Assembly (NCBI GenBank): GCA_021810635.1
Contig: JAJZIH010000011.1
Span: forward strand, 1,422 to 65,421
Reading direction: 5' to 3'
From: Pseudomonadota bacterium
GTDB taxonomy: Bacteria; Pseudomonadota; Gammaproteobacteria; JAKAQQ01
DNA: 64,000 nt
This document shows, in pieces, positions 34,501 through 43,797 of the stretch (position 1 is its first letter; every line of letters starts with the position of its first letter). The notes under the pieces were generated by a model, which did no database searches, was not told where the DNA came from, and saw nothing but the letters and a program-made list of their open reading frames with translations. Position numbers and translations under genes: made by a program.

Positions 34501-36466
34501 ACAGTTCTTCGAGGGCCTCGCGCCGTTCCAGCGCCCGGTCGGTCGAACCGGGCAACTCGAGTTCGAAATCGTGGATCCAGATGCGGCCGATCCCGGGAAC
34601 CGGGACCTCGTAGGGTCGTTCCGAGACGACCCGGAAGCCCGTACTTTCCAGGATCGGCAACGTGTCGGAAATGGCCAGCGACTGGTCCAGCCTGAAAATC
34701 TTGAGCCGGAGCGAGCAGGAGCTCGCGTGCTTGGGGCGGTACAGGGAAAGCCGGAGGGCCTGAGCCGGTTTGAGCTGCTCGATTTCGAGGAGGTCGTAGA
34801 CCGCAGCCTGGGGTTTGACGTCATCCCGGTAGACTTCGGGGAAACTGTCCCGGTAGCGGTCAAAAAGCGGCAGGCCGCGTTCTTCCCCCAGCCGGTCGGC
34901 GAGGGCGAGCCGGAGCTTCTCGTTCCAGCTCCGGCTCGCATCCTGAATTTCCAGTTCGAGGGTGGCGAGATGCTTGGGGGACAGTCGTCCCGTCTCGGTA
35001 TGCACGGTGGCGTGCAGGCGGGCCAGGACCGAGTCGGAGATCCAGAGGTCGGATTCGATCGAGTGGCCGTGGAGCCCTTTCACCAGGATCTTTTCGATGG
35101 ATTCACGTGCCCGTGCGGTGTAATTTTCCCGGGGCAGGTAAATGAGGCAGCTGAGATAGCGGCCGAACACGTCGGGCCTGAGAAACAGTCGGGTGAGATG
35201 GCGTTCCTGCAGCCTCAGGACCCCGAACGTGAGCTCGACCAGCTGGTCGATCGAGGCCTCGAGCAGTTCGCTGAGCGGCAAGGTGTCGAAGATGATCCGC
35301 AGATGGCGCCCGGCGTGGGATTCGGGGGCGAGTCCCGATTGCCGGAGGACGGCCTCCCGCTTGAGGCGCACCACCGGGATTTCCTGGGGTGGGCATTTGA
35401 ACACCAGGGGGCTGAATAGTCCGAGGATCCGGTCCTCCCCCACGACCCGGCCCCGGGCATCGAAGCGCCGGAGGCCGATATAGTCGATGGGGCCGGACCG
35501 GTGGACGGTCGAATGAGCATTGGTCTTCGTGATGATGAGCAGTTCCTGGGAGAGGGCCTTTTCGTTCGCGCGTTGGGCGAGGGCCTTGGGTTCCGGTGGG
35601 TGGTCGGCCCGGGTGCGCAGGATGCCCAGTCCGGTCTCCCGTTCGGGGGCCAGACGAAGCTCGTCGCCGTCGTGATGGAGTGCGTAGCGCCGGTAGCCCA
35701 GAAAGGTAAACCAGTCCTGCGTCAGCCACTCCAGAAAGTCGCGGGCCTCCTCGACCTCCCGTTCCGGAAGAAAAGCCTTCCACCGGATGATGTCCTCGCC
35801 GAGGAGGGTCACGCGGTCCCGCAGGGCGGCGCTGTCCTCGAAAACCCGCAGGACGTCCGAAAGATTGTCGCGGATGCGTTTTTCCAGGCGGGCCAGCCGT
35901 TCCGTCCCCTGGATGCGGTCGAAGACCGTGAGGATCCAGGATTCACGGGAGCCCGGCGCCTCCCCGTCGAGGCCGCCGATCCGGTCCAGCCGATGCTCTC
36001 CGTTGCGGTCGGCGACAAAGACCGGATGGACGGTGAGATGCAACCCGAGTCCTTCCTGCCGGCCGGCCAGTGTCAGGGAATCGACAAGGAAGGGCATGTC
36101 ATCATTGACGGTGAGGGCGACCGTATAGGCCTGGCTGGCGTGACGGCGGACCGGCAGGTTGACGAGGCGGAGCGCCGTCTCGCCGGGATGGCGCGTGAGG
36201 CCAAGCTGCCAGTGCTCCAGGAACAGGCTCACCCAGTCTTCCAGGCTGAAGAGATCGAGATCGTCTGGAGTGACCGTCTGAAAATAAAGGCCGAGGACAC
36301 GCCGGAGGTCTTCCAGTGGACCTTCAGGCGTGAATTTCTTTTCAATGGCGTTGGCGAGGCGGGTCAGAAAGACCTGGGGAGTGGAAACGAGATGGTGGTT
36401 GCGCATGAAGGTTGGCAAAAGGGCCCGGATCCGGCCACTGTTGTGCAATTTTAGCGGCTTTGCCAT
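31580..36466 (-). CDS. gdhB: NAD-specific glutamate dehydrogenase, large (about 180 kDa) class
   Basis: 1,628 aa. Catalytic core [40 protein letters not shown] is characteristic of Bac_GDH. Confidence 0.9.
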   Translation of the reverse strand: [1628 protein letters not shown]

Positions 36467-36592
36467 CCTCGTGCTGGCACGGCGCGGAGACCCCGCCCCG
36501 CCGCCGGACGAATAAGGCCGTGCTCTGCCCGATTTCGGAATCCCCCCGGTCCCGCGTCCGGTTTAGGATTCGGTCGATCCCAATAGGAAAGG

Positions 36593-37171
36593 TTGGTCAT
36601 GAGTGTTCCCGAGCACGGGGATCCGGTGGGGCGATCGGATGGCCTCCAGATGATCCTGGACTTCGAATCCGGGCCGGCGCCCGCGCGGGGAGCCCCCGCG
36701 CGGGCAGACAGCAATCCGCCCGGTCCGGATGCACGGGAAGAAGCCCTTCTCGGTGCGGCCCTGGGTATTCTCGAACGCCGGTTCCGCCGGGCCGGAGCAG
36801 CCTTGGATTCCCCCCGGCAAAGCGCCGAGTATTTCCGGATGAAACTCGCCCACCTGAGCCGGGAGGTCTTTGCGGTCGCCTATCTGGACCACCATTACCG
36901 GGTGCTCGCCACCGAGATTCCCTTCGCCGGCACCCTCAGCCAGTGCGTGGTCCATCCCCGTGAAGTCATCCGGCAGGGACTCGGATACAACGCCGCCGCC
37001 ATCCTCTGCGCCCATAACCATCCCTCGGGACTGGCTGAAGCGTCGCAGGCCGATCGCCAGCTGACCCAAAAGCTCAAGGAAGCCCTTGCCCTGGTCGACA
37101 TCCGGCTGCTCGACCACTTTGTGATTGGCGGGACGCAATGGGTCAGCTTCGCGGACCAGGGCTGGCTTTAG
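36593..37171 (+). CDS. radC: RadC-family JAB/MPN domain protein
   Basis: JAMM motif ILCAHNHPSG and a C-terminal DH.I pattern. 192 aa. Confidence 0.85.
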   Translation: MVMSVPEHGDPVGRSDGLQMILDFESGPAPARGAPARADSNPPGPDAREEALLGAALGILERRFRRAGAALDSPRQSAEYFRMKLAHLSREVFAVAYLDHHYRVLATEIPFAGTLSQCVVHPREVIRQGLGYNAAAILCAHNHPSGLAEASQADRQLTQKLKEALALVDIRLLDHFVIGGTQWVSFADQGWL

Positions 37172-40100
37172 GGGAGGGCCGCGGGCTTTTGGGAGGGCGG
37201 GTTGAACGGGCCACGCCCACGGGTTTCGCTGGGGGGTGCGGCCTCGAGGAGTGCATCCAGTGCCTCCTCGTATTCCCGCATGTGCGCGAGAACCTGTTTT
37301 TCGAGCGATCGGGCTGGCCGATCGTCCCGGGCGGCGGCCGCCAGGCGGTGCAGCCGCGTGTGGAGCTCCTCATGGCAGAGGCGGAGTTTCCGCTGTCGCG
37401 CCGAGCGGAGGCCGCCGGGCCAGGGGGTCAGGCTACAGCTCGAGCACGAAAGGGCGGGCAAGAGGGAACGGCGGATCTCGGGGGAAGCCTGGAGGGCTTC
37501 ATCGACCTGTCCCCGCAGCCATCGGTGATAGACCCCGTTCAGCCGTAAGGGGAGGAGACGGGCGTCGCTGGCGCGGGCGAGTGATCGGGCCAGCCCGGCC
37601 GGCAGGGTCCAGCGCCGGCTCCACTCGATGAAGGCCTGGTTGTGGAGCGGTGGACTGATGAGGGACCCCTGCGCCTGGTATCCGCCCAGGGCGTGAAACA
37701 AGACAGCCAGGTCCTCCCGTTCGATGTCGACGGCGGTCACTTCGAAGTGCCCGATCTCTCCGCTGCGGACCGCGCCGGCGACCAGACTCAGGGCCCGGGG
37801 ATCCTCGCGGAGGCGGAGAATCAGCGAGCGGTCGACCTTGATTCCCTGGGCGTGGATCCAGTCGATCTTTCCCAGTGCCACGGGCCAGGCGCCGAAATTG
37901 TCGAAGGTGATCCGGATGCCCTTCCGGTTCAGGTTTTCGGTGAGGGACGGCAACCGGTCCCAGTCCGGCAGCAGGGGACTCGGCTTGAGCTCGAGAACGA
38001 GACGGTCGGCATGGGCCCCGTGCCGGGTGTACCAGTTCCGGAGGTCCGATTCAAAGGACGGGGAGAGGAGGTAGCGCAGGTTGGTGTTCAAGCTGACCGG
38101 GATCGTGAAACCCGCCCGTTCCAGGATCTCGAGCTCAAGACCGACGGCGTCCAGCAGGTAGCGCCCGGTCTGGGGGACGAGATCCGGGTCGGTCTCGATC
38201 AGGTTCAGCCATTCGGTTTGATCCTCGGACGTCGGGCTGAATCCAGGCCACCGGGCGCAGGCTTCGGCAGAGACCAGGTGGCCGTCCCGGAGGTCGATCA
38301 CGGGTTGCAGGTCAAGACGGAGATCGCCGCGAGCCAGAGCCTGCTGAAATCGATTCCGGATCTCCATTTGCTGTTCCAGCCGTTTTTCGAAGTCCTCTTT
38401 GAACAGGGCCCAGGCATTCCGGCCGCGGGATTTGGCGCGGTAGAGGGCGAGATCCGCGTGTCGCAGGAGAGTCTGGGGGGGTTGGTGATCCTGGGGATAG
38501 ATGGTCAGTCCGAGGCTCACGGTCGTGTGCAGCGACTGCTCCTGGTAGGTCACGGGGCCGGCGAGCTCCGAACGGAGGTGTTCCAGGATACCGGTCATCG
38601 CGACCTCCGTTTCCAGCCCGGCCAAGATCAGCCCGAACTCGTCGCCGGCCAGCCGGGCGACGGTACTCTGATCGTTCAGGAGGGTCTCCATGCGGTGGGC
38701 CTGGGTGGCCAGCAGGAGGTCGCCTGCCTCGTGTCCGAACCGGTCGTTGACCTCCTTGAAGTGGTCGATGTCGAGAATGGCGATACCGACCAGGGACCGG
38801 TTCCGTTCGGACTGCCGGAGCGCGCCATCGAGCCGGTCGAAAAACAGATTCCGGTTGGGCAGTCCGGTCAGACTGTCCATCAGGGCCATCTGCTTGAGTT
38901 CGTTCTCGCGCTCATGCTCCACCAGCGCCAGCGTGATGGCATCCGTGAATTGTTTGCACAGCTCGATCAGCGCATCCGACTTGAAAAAACCGTCCTCGTT
39001 CGAAAGCAGCACAAGCGCGGCGAAGGCCTGGCCCCGGAACAGGATGGGGAAAACGCCGATTTCCCGAATTCCCGCCTCCTGGAAGATGCCCTCGAAGCGG
39101 GGTGGCAGTCCCGGAGAGTGGGAACGGCGAACCAGGATAGGGGTCCGCCCGGAGGTGGCCTCGGTGACGAGTTGCCGGCAGAACGGCCGGAGGAAATCGC
39201 ACGGGAAATCCCCGGAGACTCCGGAAAAAAACCGGGTGGGCACAAGAGCCGCCACCGTGGGGTCGGTCTGTCCGGTGCCGGCAGGATCCGGTGCCGGCAC
39301 GATCGCATTGCCTGCGGCACCGTTGACCCGGCCCAGGATCCGGCCGACCTCCTGGTACAGGAGGCGCGGGTCGGGATGTCGGGCGACCAGGCGGTGCAGT
39401 TCGGATAGGGCCCGGAAAAGATTTTCAAAGTGATCGAGTTGGATTTTTTCGTAGGAATGATTGAGGGCCGTTCCCACCATGTCGGCCACCCGTTCCAGCA
39501 GACCGTTCAGTTCGTCGTCGAAGAAATCGGGGACGAGCGCGCCCACTCCGAGCACGCCGTGACACTCTCCATTGATCAGGAGGGGGAACCCGGCGATCGA
39601 GGCGACCGAATCCCGTTCTGCATCGGACAGCCAGATCGTGGACTTTTCGTTGAGGTTGTTCACGATGACGGGACGGCAGGTATGGAAAATGGTGCCTGTG
39701 ACGCCGCGACCCTCGGGACGGGCCGGATCGACCATCACCGGAACGTTTCGGATGCGGTCGCTGGCCGGTCCGGAAAAGGCCTCGATCCGGACCGCATGGG
39801 TCAGTGGGTCCAGCAGGGTGATGTAGACAACGGCGATCTCACCGGCATTGCTGGTCAGTTCACAGGTTTTCTGCAGGAGGGGGGAAAGCGGCGGGTCCGT
39901 GGCCAGATAGTGGCCGAACTCTCCCAAGGCGGAGTAGAAGCGTTCCACCCGGAAGAGTTTTTGACGCTGAAAGTCCTCTTCGATCGCCAGGTTGAGTCCA
40001 CTCGCGATGCCGGCCAGGTGGGAGACCAGGGAAGCGTCAAAACAACCGGTTTTGAAAGCGAAGAGGATGAGGGTTCCCCACGGTTGCCGTCCTTCCCGGC

Positions 40101-41424
40101 TCCGGTAGAGGGGAAAGCCGGCAGCCGCTTTCAGGGCATGGATCCGGAGGCGCTCGTGCCAGTAGGCGAGCCGGGATTCCTCTTCGAGCCGGTTGACGAT
40201 GACGGGCTTCCCGGCGGTGTAGACGAGCCCGCTCAGTCCGTAGTCCGGGTGGGTGGGATCCAGGCTGAAATCAAGATCCTTGAGGAAACCCTTCGCGCGG
40301 CCGGCGGCCGTGAGGATGTGGGGCCCTTTGGAAAGACTGGGGGTCTCCACGATATAACACAGGCCGAGTCCCAGAAACTCGGTGAGGATGCGGCAGACAT
40401 TCTCGCAAAGCTCGTGCAGCGGAACGTGCCGGGCAGCGATTTCGTTGATGGCGTGGCCGGCCCGGTAGGCCCTGAGCAGCCGCTGGAGGGAGAGCTGCTG
40501 GGTGAGCGTCTCGAGCCGGTTGGAGACGGCCAGAACGAGCTCCTCGTAAGGATGGATGACCGGCTCCGTGAAGAAGCCGGGTTCCCTCGCATAAACCGCA
40601 AAAACACCGATGGTGAGTCCCTGGATCCGGATGGGGATGGCGACGGAGCTGGCCAGGCCGTGACGGGCCGCATTTTCTTTCCAGGGCTTGAACAGGGGGT
40701 CCTCGCGGGCGACCTGGATGACTTGGATTTGCCCGGTGCGGAAGGACAGTGCCATGGGTCCGTGGCCTTCGGGTCGATCCGGATCGATGCGCACCTGGAT
40801 CTCGTCGAGGTAGTTCGAGGCTGGTCCGGCCCATCCGGCGATCTCCAGGGACCGGGTGGGTTCGGCAAGCAGACTGCACCAGGCCAGCGCCGGGCCCAGC
40901 TGGGTGACCGCGATTTCGCAGAGCTCCTGCAGGCTCTGCGCGACCCGGGAAGCGGAGTGCTCGAGCAGGGACTGGATCGCCGATCCCGCCTCCGTCAGCG
41001 GGAGCTGCAGTTCCGGCCGGTTGGCTCCGATGGCCGAGGCCAGCATCCAGTTCAGGATGGATTCGTGATGGACCGTGCCCGGTCCGGGAAGATCGGAACC
41101 GGACAGATGGCCCAGCAGGCGTTTCAGGACCAGGTGGTTCTGGAGGGCCGCAGACGGCGTGGTGCGGCCCGTTGGTGCTTCGGGCCCGTCGGCCGATTCC
41201 ACGGACTTCCGCCAGTCGGTGGGGGAGGCCGCCGCGATCAGGCGGGGCCACTCCAGGCGGCGGAAGGCCTGGAGCAGCGAAAAAGGAATTCCTGGATCGC
41301 GGTCGGGGATGGACAAGCGGGCGAGATGGGACTTGAAGTCGGTCCACTCATCCTGGGTCGGAACCGGGATCTGGAACGAATGCGGCTCTGCACGCAGGCG
41401 GTCGCTGCCGTCAGAATTCACCAC
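37168..41424 (-). CDS. Multi-GAF sensor protein with GGDEF (AGDEF) and degenerate EAL domains plus a CZB-like C-terminal domain
   Basis: Repeated GAF-like units (e.g. DPDRPEGHGPMALSFRTGQIQVI, DPARPEGRGVTGTIFHTCRPVIV). GGDEF domain with RLAGDEFGLIL. EAL-like domain with EACARW, LELKPS and FDNFG replacing EALLRW, LEITE and DDFG. The C-terminus has H-R-W...C-S-L-T-P-W...H-E-E-L-H, resembling the chemoreceptor zinc-binding motif. Confidence 0.8.
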   Translation of the reverse strand: MVNSDGSDRLRAEPHSFQIPVPTQDEWTDFKSHLARLSIPDRDPGIPFSLLQAFRRLEWPRLIAAASPTDWRKSVESADGPEAPTGRTTPSAALQNHLVLKRLLGHLSGSDLPGPGTVHHESILNWMLASAIGANRPELQLPLTEAGSAIQSLLEHSASRVAQSLQELCEIAVTQLGPALAWCSLLAEPTRSLEIAGWAGPASNYLDEIQVRIDPDRPEGHGPMALSFRTGQIQVIQVAREDPLFKPWKENAARHGLASSVAIPIRIQGLTIGVFAVYAREPGFFTEPVIHPYEELVLAVSNRLETLTQQLSLQRLLRAYRAGHAINEIAARHVPLHELCENVCRILTEFLGLGLCYIVETPSLSKGPHILTAAGRAKGFLKDLDFSLDPTHPDYGLSGLVYTAGKPVIVNRLEEESRLAYWHERLRIHALKAAAGFPLYRSREGRQPWGTLILFAFKTGCFDASLVSHLAGIASGLNLAIEEDFQRQKLFRVERFYSALGEFGHYLATDPPLSPLLQKTCELTSNAGEIAVVYITLLDPLTHAVRIEAFSGPASDRIRNVPVMVDPARPEGRGVTGTIFHTCRPVIVNNLNEKSTIWLSDAERDSVASIAGFPLLINGECHGVLGVGALVPDFFDDELNGLLERVADMVGTALNHSYEKIQLDHFENLFRALSELHRLVARHPDPRLLYQEVGRILGRVNGAAGNAIVPAPDPAGTGQTDPTVAALVPTRFFSGVSGDFPCDFLRPFCRQLVTEATSGRTPILVRRSHSPGLPPRFEGIFQEAGIREIGVFPILFRGQAFAALVLLSNEDGFFKSDALIELCKQFTDAITLALVEHERENELKQMALMDSLTGLPNRNLFFDRLDGALRQSERNRSLVGIAILDIDHFKEVNDRFGHEAGDLLLATQAHRMETLLNDQSTVARLAGDEFGLILAGLETEVAMTGILEHLRSELAGPVTYQEQSLHTTVSLGLTIYPQDHQPPQTLLRHADLALYRAKSRGRNAWALFKEDFEKRLEQQMEIRNRFQQALARGDLRLDLQPVIDLRDGHLVSAEACARWPGFSPTSEDQTEWLNLIETDPDLVPQTGRYLLDAVGLELEILERAGFTIPVSLNTNLRYLLSPSFESDLRNWYTRHGAHADRLVLELKPSPLLPDWDRLPSLTENLNRKGIRITFDNFGAWPVALGKIDWIHAQGIKVDRSLILRLREDPRALSLVAGAVRSGEIGHFEVTAVDIEREDLAVLFHALGGYQAQGSLISPPLHNQAFIEWSRRWTLPAGLARSLARASDARLLPLRLNGVYHRWLRGQVDEALQASPEIRRSLLPALSCSSCSLTPWPGGLRSARQRKLRLCHEELHTRLHRLAAAARDDRPARSLEKQVLAHMREYEEALDALLEAAPPSETRGRGPFNPPSQKPAALP

Positions 41425-41614
41425 GGCCGCACCACGTTACGGATCCTCTTATCCCGTTGGCCATCGACTGCTCCGGTCTTCGGCTTTCCGCCCCAACGTT
41501 CTCATCATACCCTTAAAAACAGGGGTTCCGGCACCTTCTGTCTAGGCTTCGGCACCGCCCCCCCCGCGCCTCCCCTCTTCCGTCCGACCGGGTGACGGAA
41601 TCGGAGCGGTCGGA

Positions 41615-42820
41615 TCAGCCGGGTTCGGCGAGGTCATCGATCAGAACCCGGAGAAAGCGGCAGGCATCGCCCCCGGTCACGCAGCGATGATCGAAAGTGA
41701 GCGAGAGTGGAAGCCTCCGGTGTGTCGCGATCCCGCCCATGACGGCGACCACGTCGTGGCATAACCGGCCGACCCCGAGGATGGCCACCATCGGTGGGAC
41801 AATGACCGGGGTCGCATAGCGGCCCGCGATCATGCCGAAGTTGGATAGCGTCAACGTGGGGTTCGCCATCTCGCCCGGCTCCAGGGCACGGGCCTGGGTT
41901 TTTTTCTTGACCCGCTCGAGTTCCCGGCGGATCTCCACTGGTCCGGCCCGGCCGATGTCGCGGAGCACCGGGACGATGAGCCCGTCCGGCGTGTCGACGG
42001 CGAGACCGAGGTCCAGGTGTCCGTGCAGGGTGCGTTCCAGAGTCTCCCCATTGAACCACGCATTGAGCGTCGGCTGGGCCGCGCACGCCCGCGTCACGGC
42101 ACGAATGACCCGAGCCGTGATGTCCTGACGTCCCGGCCAAGCCTGGAGGTCGGCGTCATCGAAGAGGGTCGTGGCCGCGACCTGGTCTCGGGCCAGGGAC
42201 ATGGTCTGCGCCATGATCCGCCGGGTTCCCCGCAGGGTTTCGGTCCGCGAGGCCCGGGGCGCGGGCGGAACGTGCGGAGGGGTCGGGGGCGAAGCCTCCG
42301 CCGGATGGGCCTCGAGGTCCGCCAGCGTGGTCTCCCCATGGCGGCCGCTCGCAGCAACTCGCCTGAGGTCAATGCCGAGCTCGCGGGCCCGGCGCCGCAC
42401 CTTGGGGAGGGCCTTGACGGGGCTCTTCCCGGCCGGCCGTTTGCGGATGATGGCCTGCTCGTCGACCACGGAGTCGGTGGCTGGCATGTGTCCGACCACG
42501 CTGCCCGGATCAGCCCGGGGAGAGTCGGGGATTCCCTCCGGAGCCGGCTTGGCGGAGGCGGCCGAAGCGGTCGGCGGGTCGGCATCGGCCCCTTCGAAAT
42601 CAACGAGCGGCGCATGGGTGGGGATGATGTCTCCGGGTTTCCCGTGGAGAGCCTGGATGCGGCCACTCCACGGCGTGGGGACGTCGACCACGGCCTTGGC
42701 CGTCTCCATCGCGACCAGCGGCTGGTCGGTGGTAACCACATCGCCGATCTTGACGTGCCACTCGACGATTTCGGCCTCCGTGAGTCCTTCACCGAGATCC
42801 GGGAGATGAAAGGTTTTCAT
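41615..42820 (-). CDS. Dihydrolipoamide acyltransferase (E2) of a 2-oxoacid (probably branched-chain) dehydrogenase complex
   Basis: N-terminal lipoyl domain (VAMETAKAVVDVP), a peripheral subunit-binding domain, and a C-terminal catalytic DHR motif (LSLTFDHRCVTG). Confidence 0.85.
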   Translation of the reverse strand: MKTFHLPDLGEGLTEAEIVEWHVKIGDVVTTDQPLVAMETAKAVVDVPTPWSGRIQALHGKPGDIIPTHAPLVDFEGADADPPTASAASAKPAPEGIPDSPRADPGSVVGHMPATDSVVDEQAIIRKRPAGKSPVKALPKVRRRARELGIDLRRVAASGRHGETTLADLEAHPAEASPPTPPHVPPAPRASRTETLRGTRRIMAQTMSLARDQVAATTLFDDADLQAWPGRQDITARVIRAVTRACAAQPTLNAWFNGETLERTLHGHLDLGLAVDTPDGLIVPVLRDIGRAGPVEIRRELERVKKKTQARALEPGEMANPTLTLSNFGMIAGRYATPVIVPPMVAILGVGRLCHDVVAVMGGIATHRRLPLSLTFDHRCVTGGDACRFLRVLIDDLAEPG

Positions 42821-43797
42821 GGTTCGAGCACCTGGTGGGCGGCCCGGCGGATCCGGTCGATCGAGGGCATGAAGTCATGCTCTAGCTTGAAAAACGGGGT
42901 GACCACATCGTAGCCCGTGACCCGGATGATCGGAGCCTCGAGCTCGTAGAGTGCCCGTTCGGCGATTTCGGCGGCGATCTCCGCCCCGAGCCCCGCCGTG
43001 CGGGGGGCCTCGTGGACAATGACCAGTCGGCCGGTCCGTCCCACGGACTCGAGGATCGTTTCATAGTCGATCGGACTCAGGGTGCCGAGATCAATGACTT
43101 CGGCGGAAACCTGTTCGTTTTCGGCGAGCCATCGCGCCGTCTCGAGGGTCTCGTGCAGCATGGCACCCCAGCTGACCAGAGTGAGATCGCCCCCCTCCCT
43201 GAGCACGAAACAGGTGTCGAGCGGCAGAGGCTGGCCGTTGTCCGGGACCTCCTGCTTGTTGAGCCGGTAGAGGCGGGTCGGTTCGAAAAACACGACCGGA
43301 TCCGGATCCTGGATGGCGGCGAGGAGCAGGCCGTAGGCCCGGGTCGGCGAGGAGGGCATGACCACCCGGATCCCGGGCATATGGGCAAACAGGGATTCGT
43401 TGCTTTCGGAATGATGTTCGGGTGCGTGAATGCCGGCGCCGCTCGGCGCACGCAGGACCATCGGAACCGACAGCCGTCCGCGGGTTCGGGTGCGCAGGCG
43501 ACCGGCATGGTTGATCATCTGGTCGATCGTGGGGTAAATAAATCCCGAAAACTGGATTTCCGCAACGGGCCGCATGCCCATGGCAGCCATTCCGATGGCC
43601 AGACCGGCAATCATCGATTCCGCAAGCGGGGTGTCCAGGACGCGGGCGGGGCCAAACCGCTCCTGGAGCCCGGCAGTCGCACGGAATACGCCTCCATTCA
43701 CTCCGATATCCTCTCCCAGGAGGACCACCCGGGGATCGTCGGCCAGCGCTCTCGCCAGGGCCAGATTCACCGCTTCGACGAGCGTGACCTTAGCCAC
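42817..43797 (-). CDS. 2-oxoacid dehydrogenase E1 component beta subunit
   Basis: GTG start giving VAKVTLVEAVNLALARALADDPRVVLLGEDIG, the canonical E1-beta N-terminus. The long upstream ORF extension overlaps E1-alpha and is rejected. Confidence 0.85.
   Translation of the reverse strand: MAKVTLVEAVNLALARALADDPRVVLLGEDIGVNGGVFRATAGLQERFGPARVLDTPLAESMIAGLAIGMAAMGMRPVAEIQFSGFIYPTIDQMINHAGRLRTRTRGRLSVPMVLRAPSGAGIHAPEHHSESNESLFAHMPGIRVVMPSSPTRAYGLLLAAIQDPDPVVFFEPTRLYRLNKQEVPDNGQPLPLDTCFVLREGGDLTLVSWGAMLHETLETARWLAENEQVSAEVIDLGTLSPIDYETILESVGRTGRLVIVHEAPRTAGLGAEIAAEIAERALYELEAPIIRVTGYDVVTPFFKLEHDFMPSIDRIRRAAHQVLEP

Noticed and set aside
32519-35419. 966-aa plus-strand ORF, along with other long ORFs antisense to gdhB
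   Set aside because: The minus strand encodes an unmistakable large NAD-glutamate dehydrogenase across this span. The plus-strand translation is compositionally biased and has no motifs.
37642-41595. 588-aa and 721-aa plus-strand ORFs
   Set aside because: Both are antisense to the multi-GAF/GGDEF/EAL gene, whose domains are clearly readable. They are rich in G/E/R/P/D and carry no family signatures.
41578-41612. Hairpin CCGACCG-N16-CGGTCGG just downstream of the E2 gene
   Set aside because: The loop is long and no T tract follows on the minus strand, so it is not convincing as a terminator.
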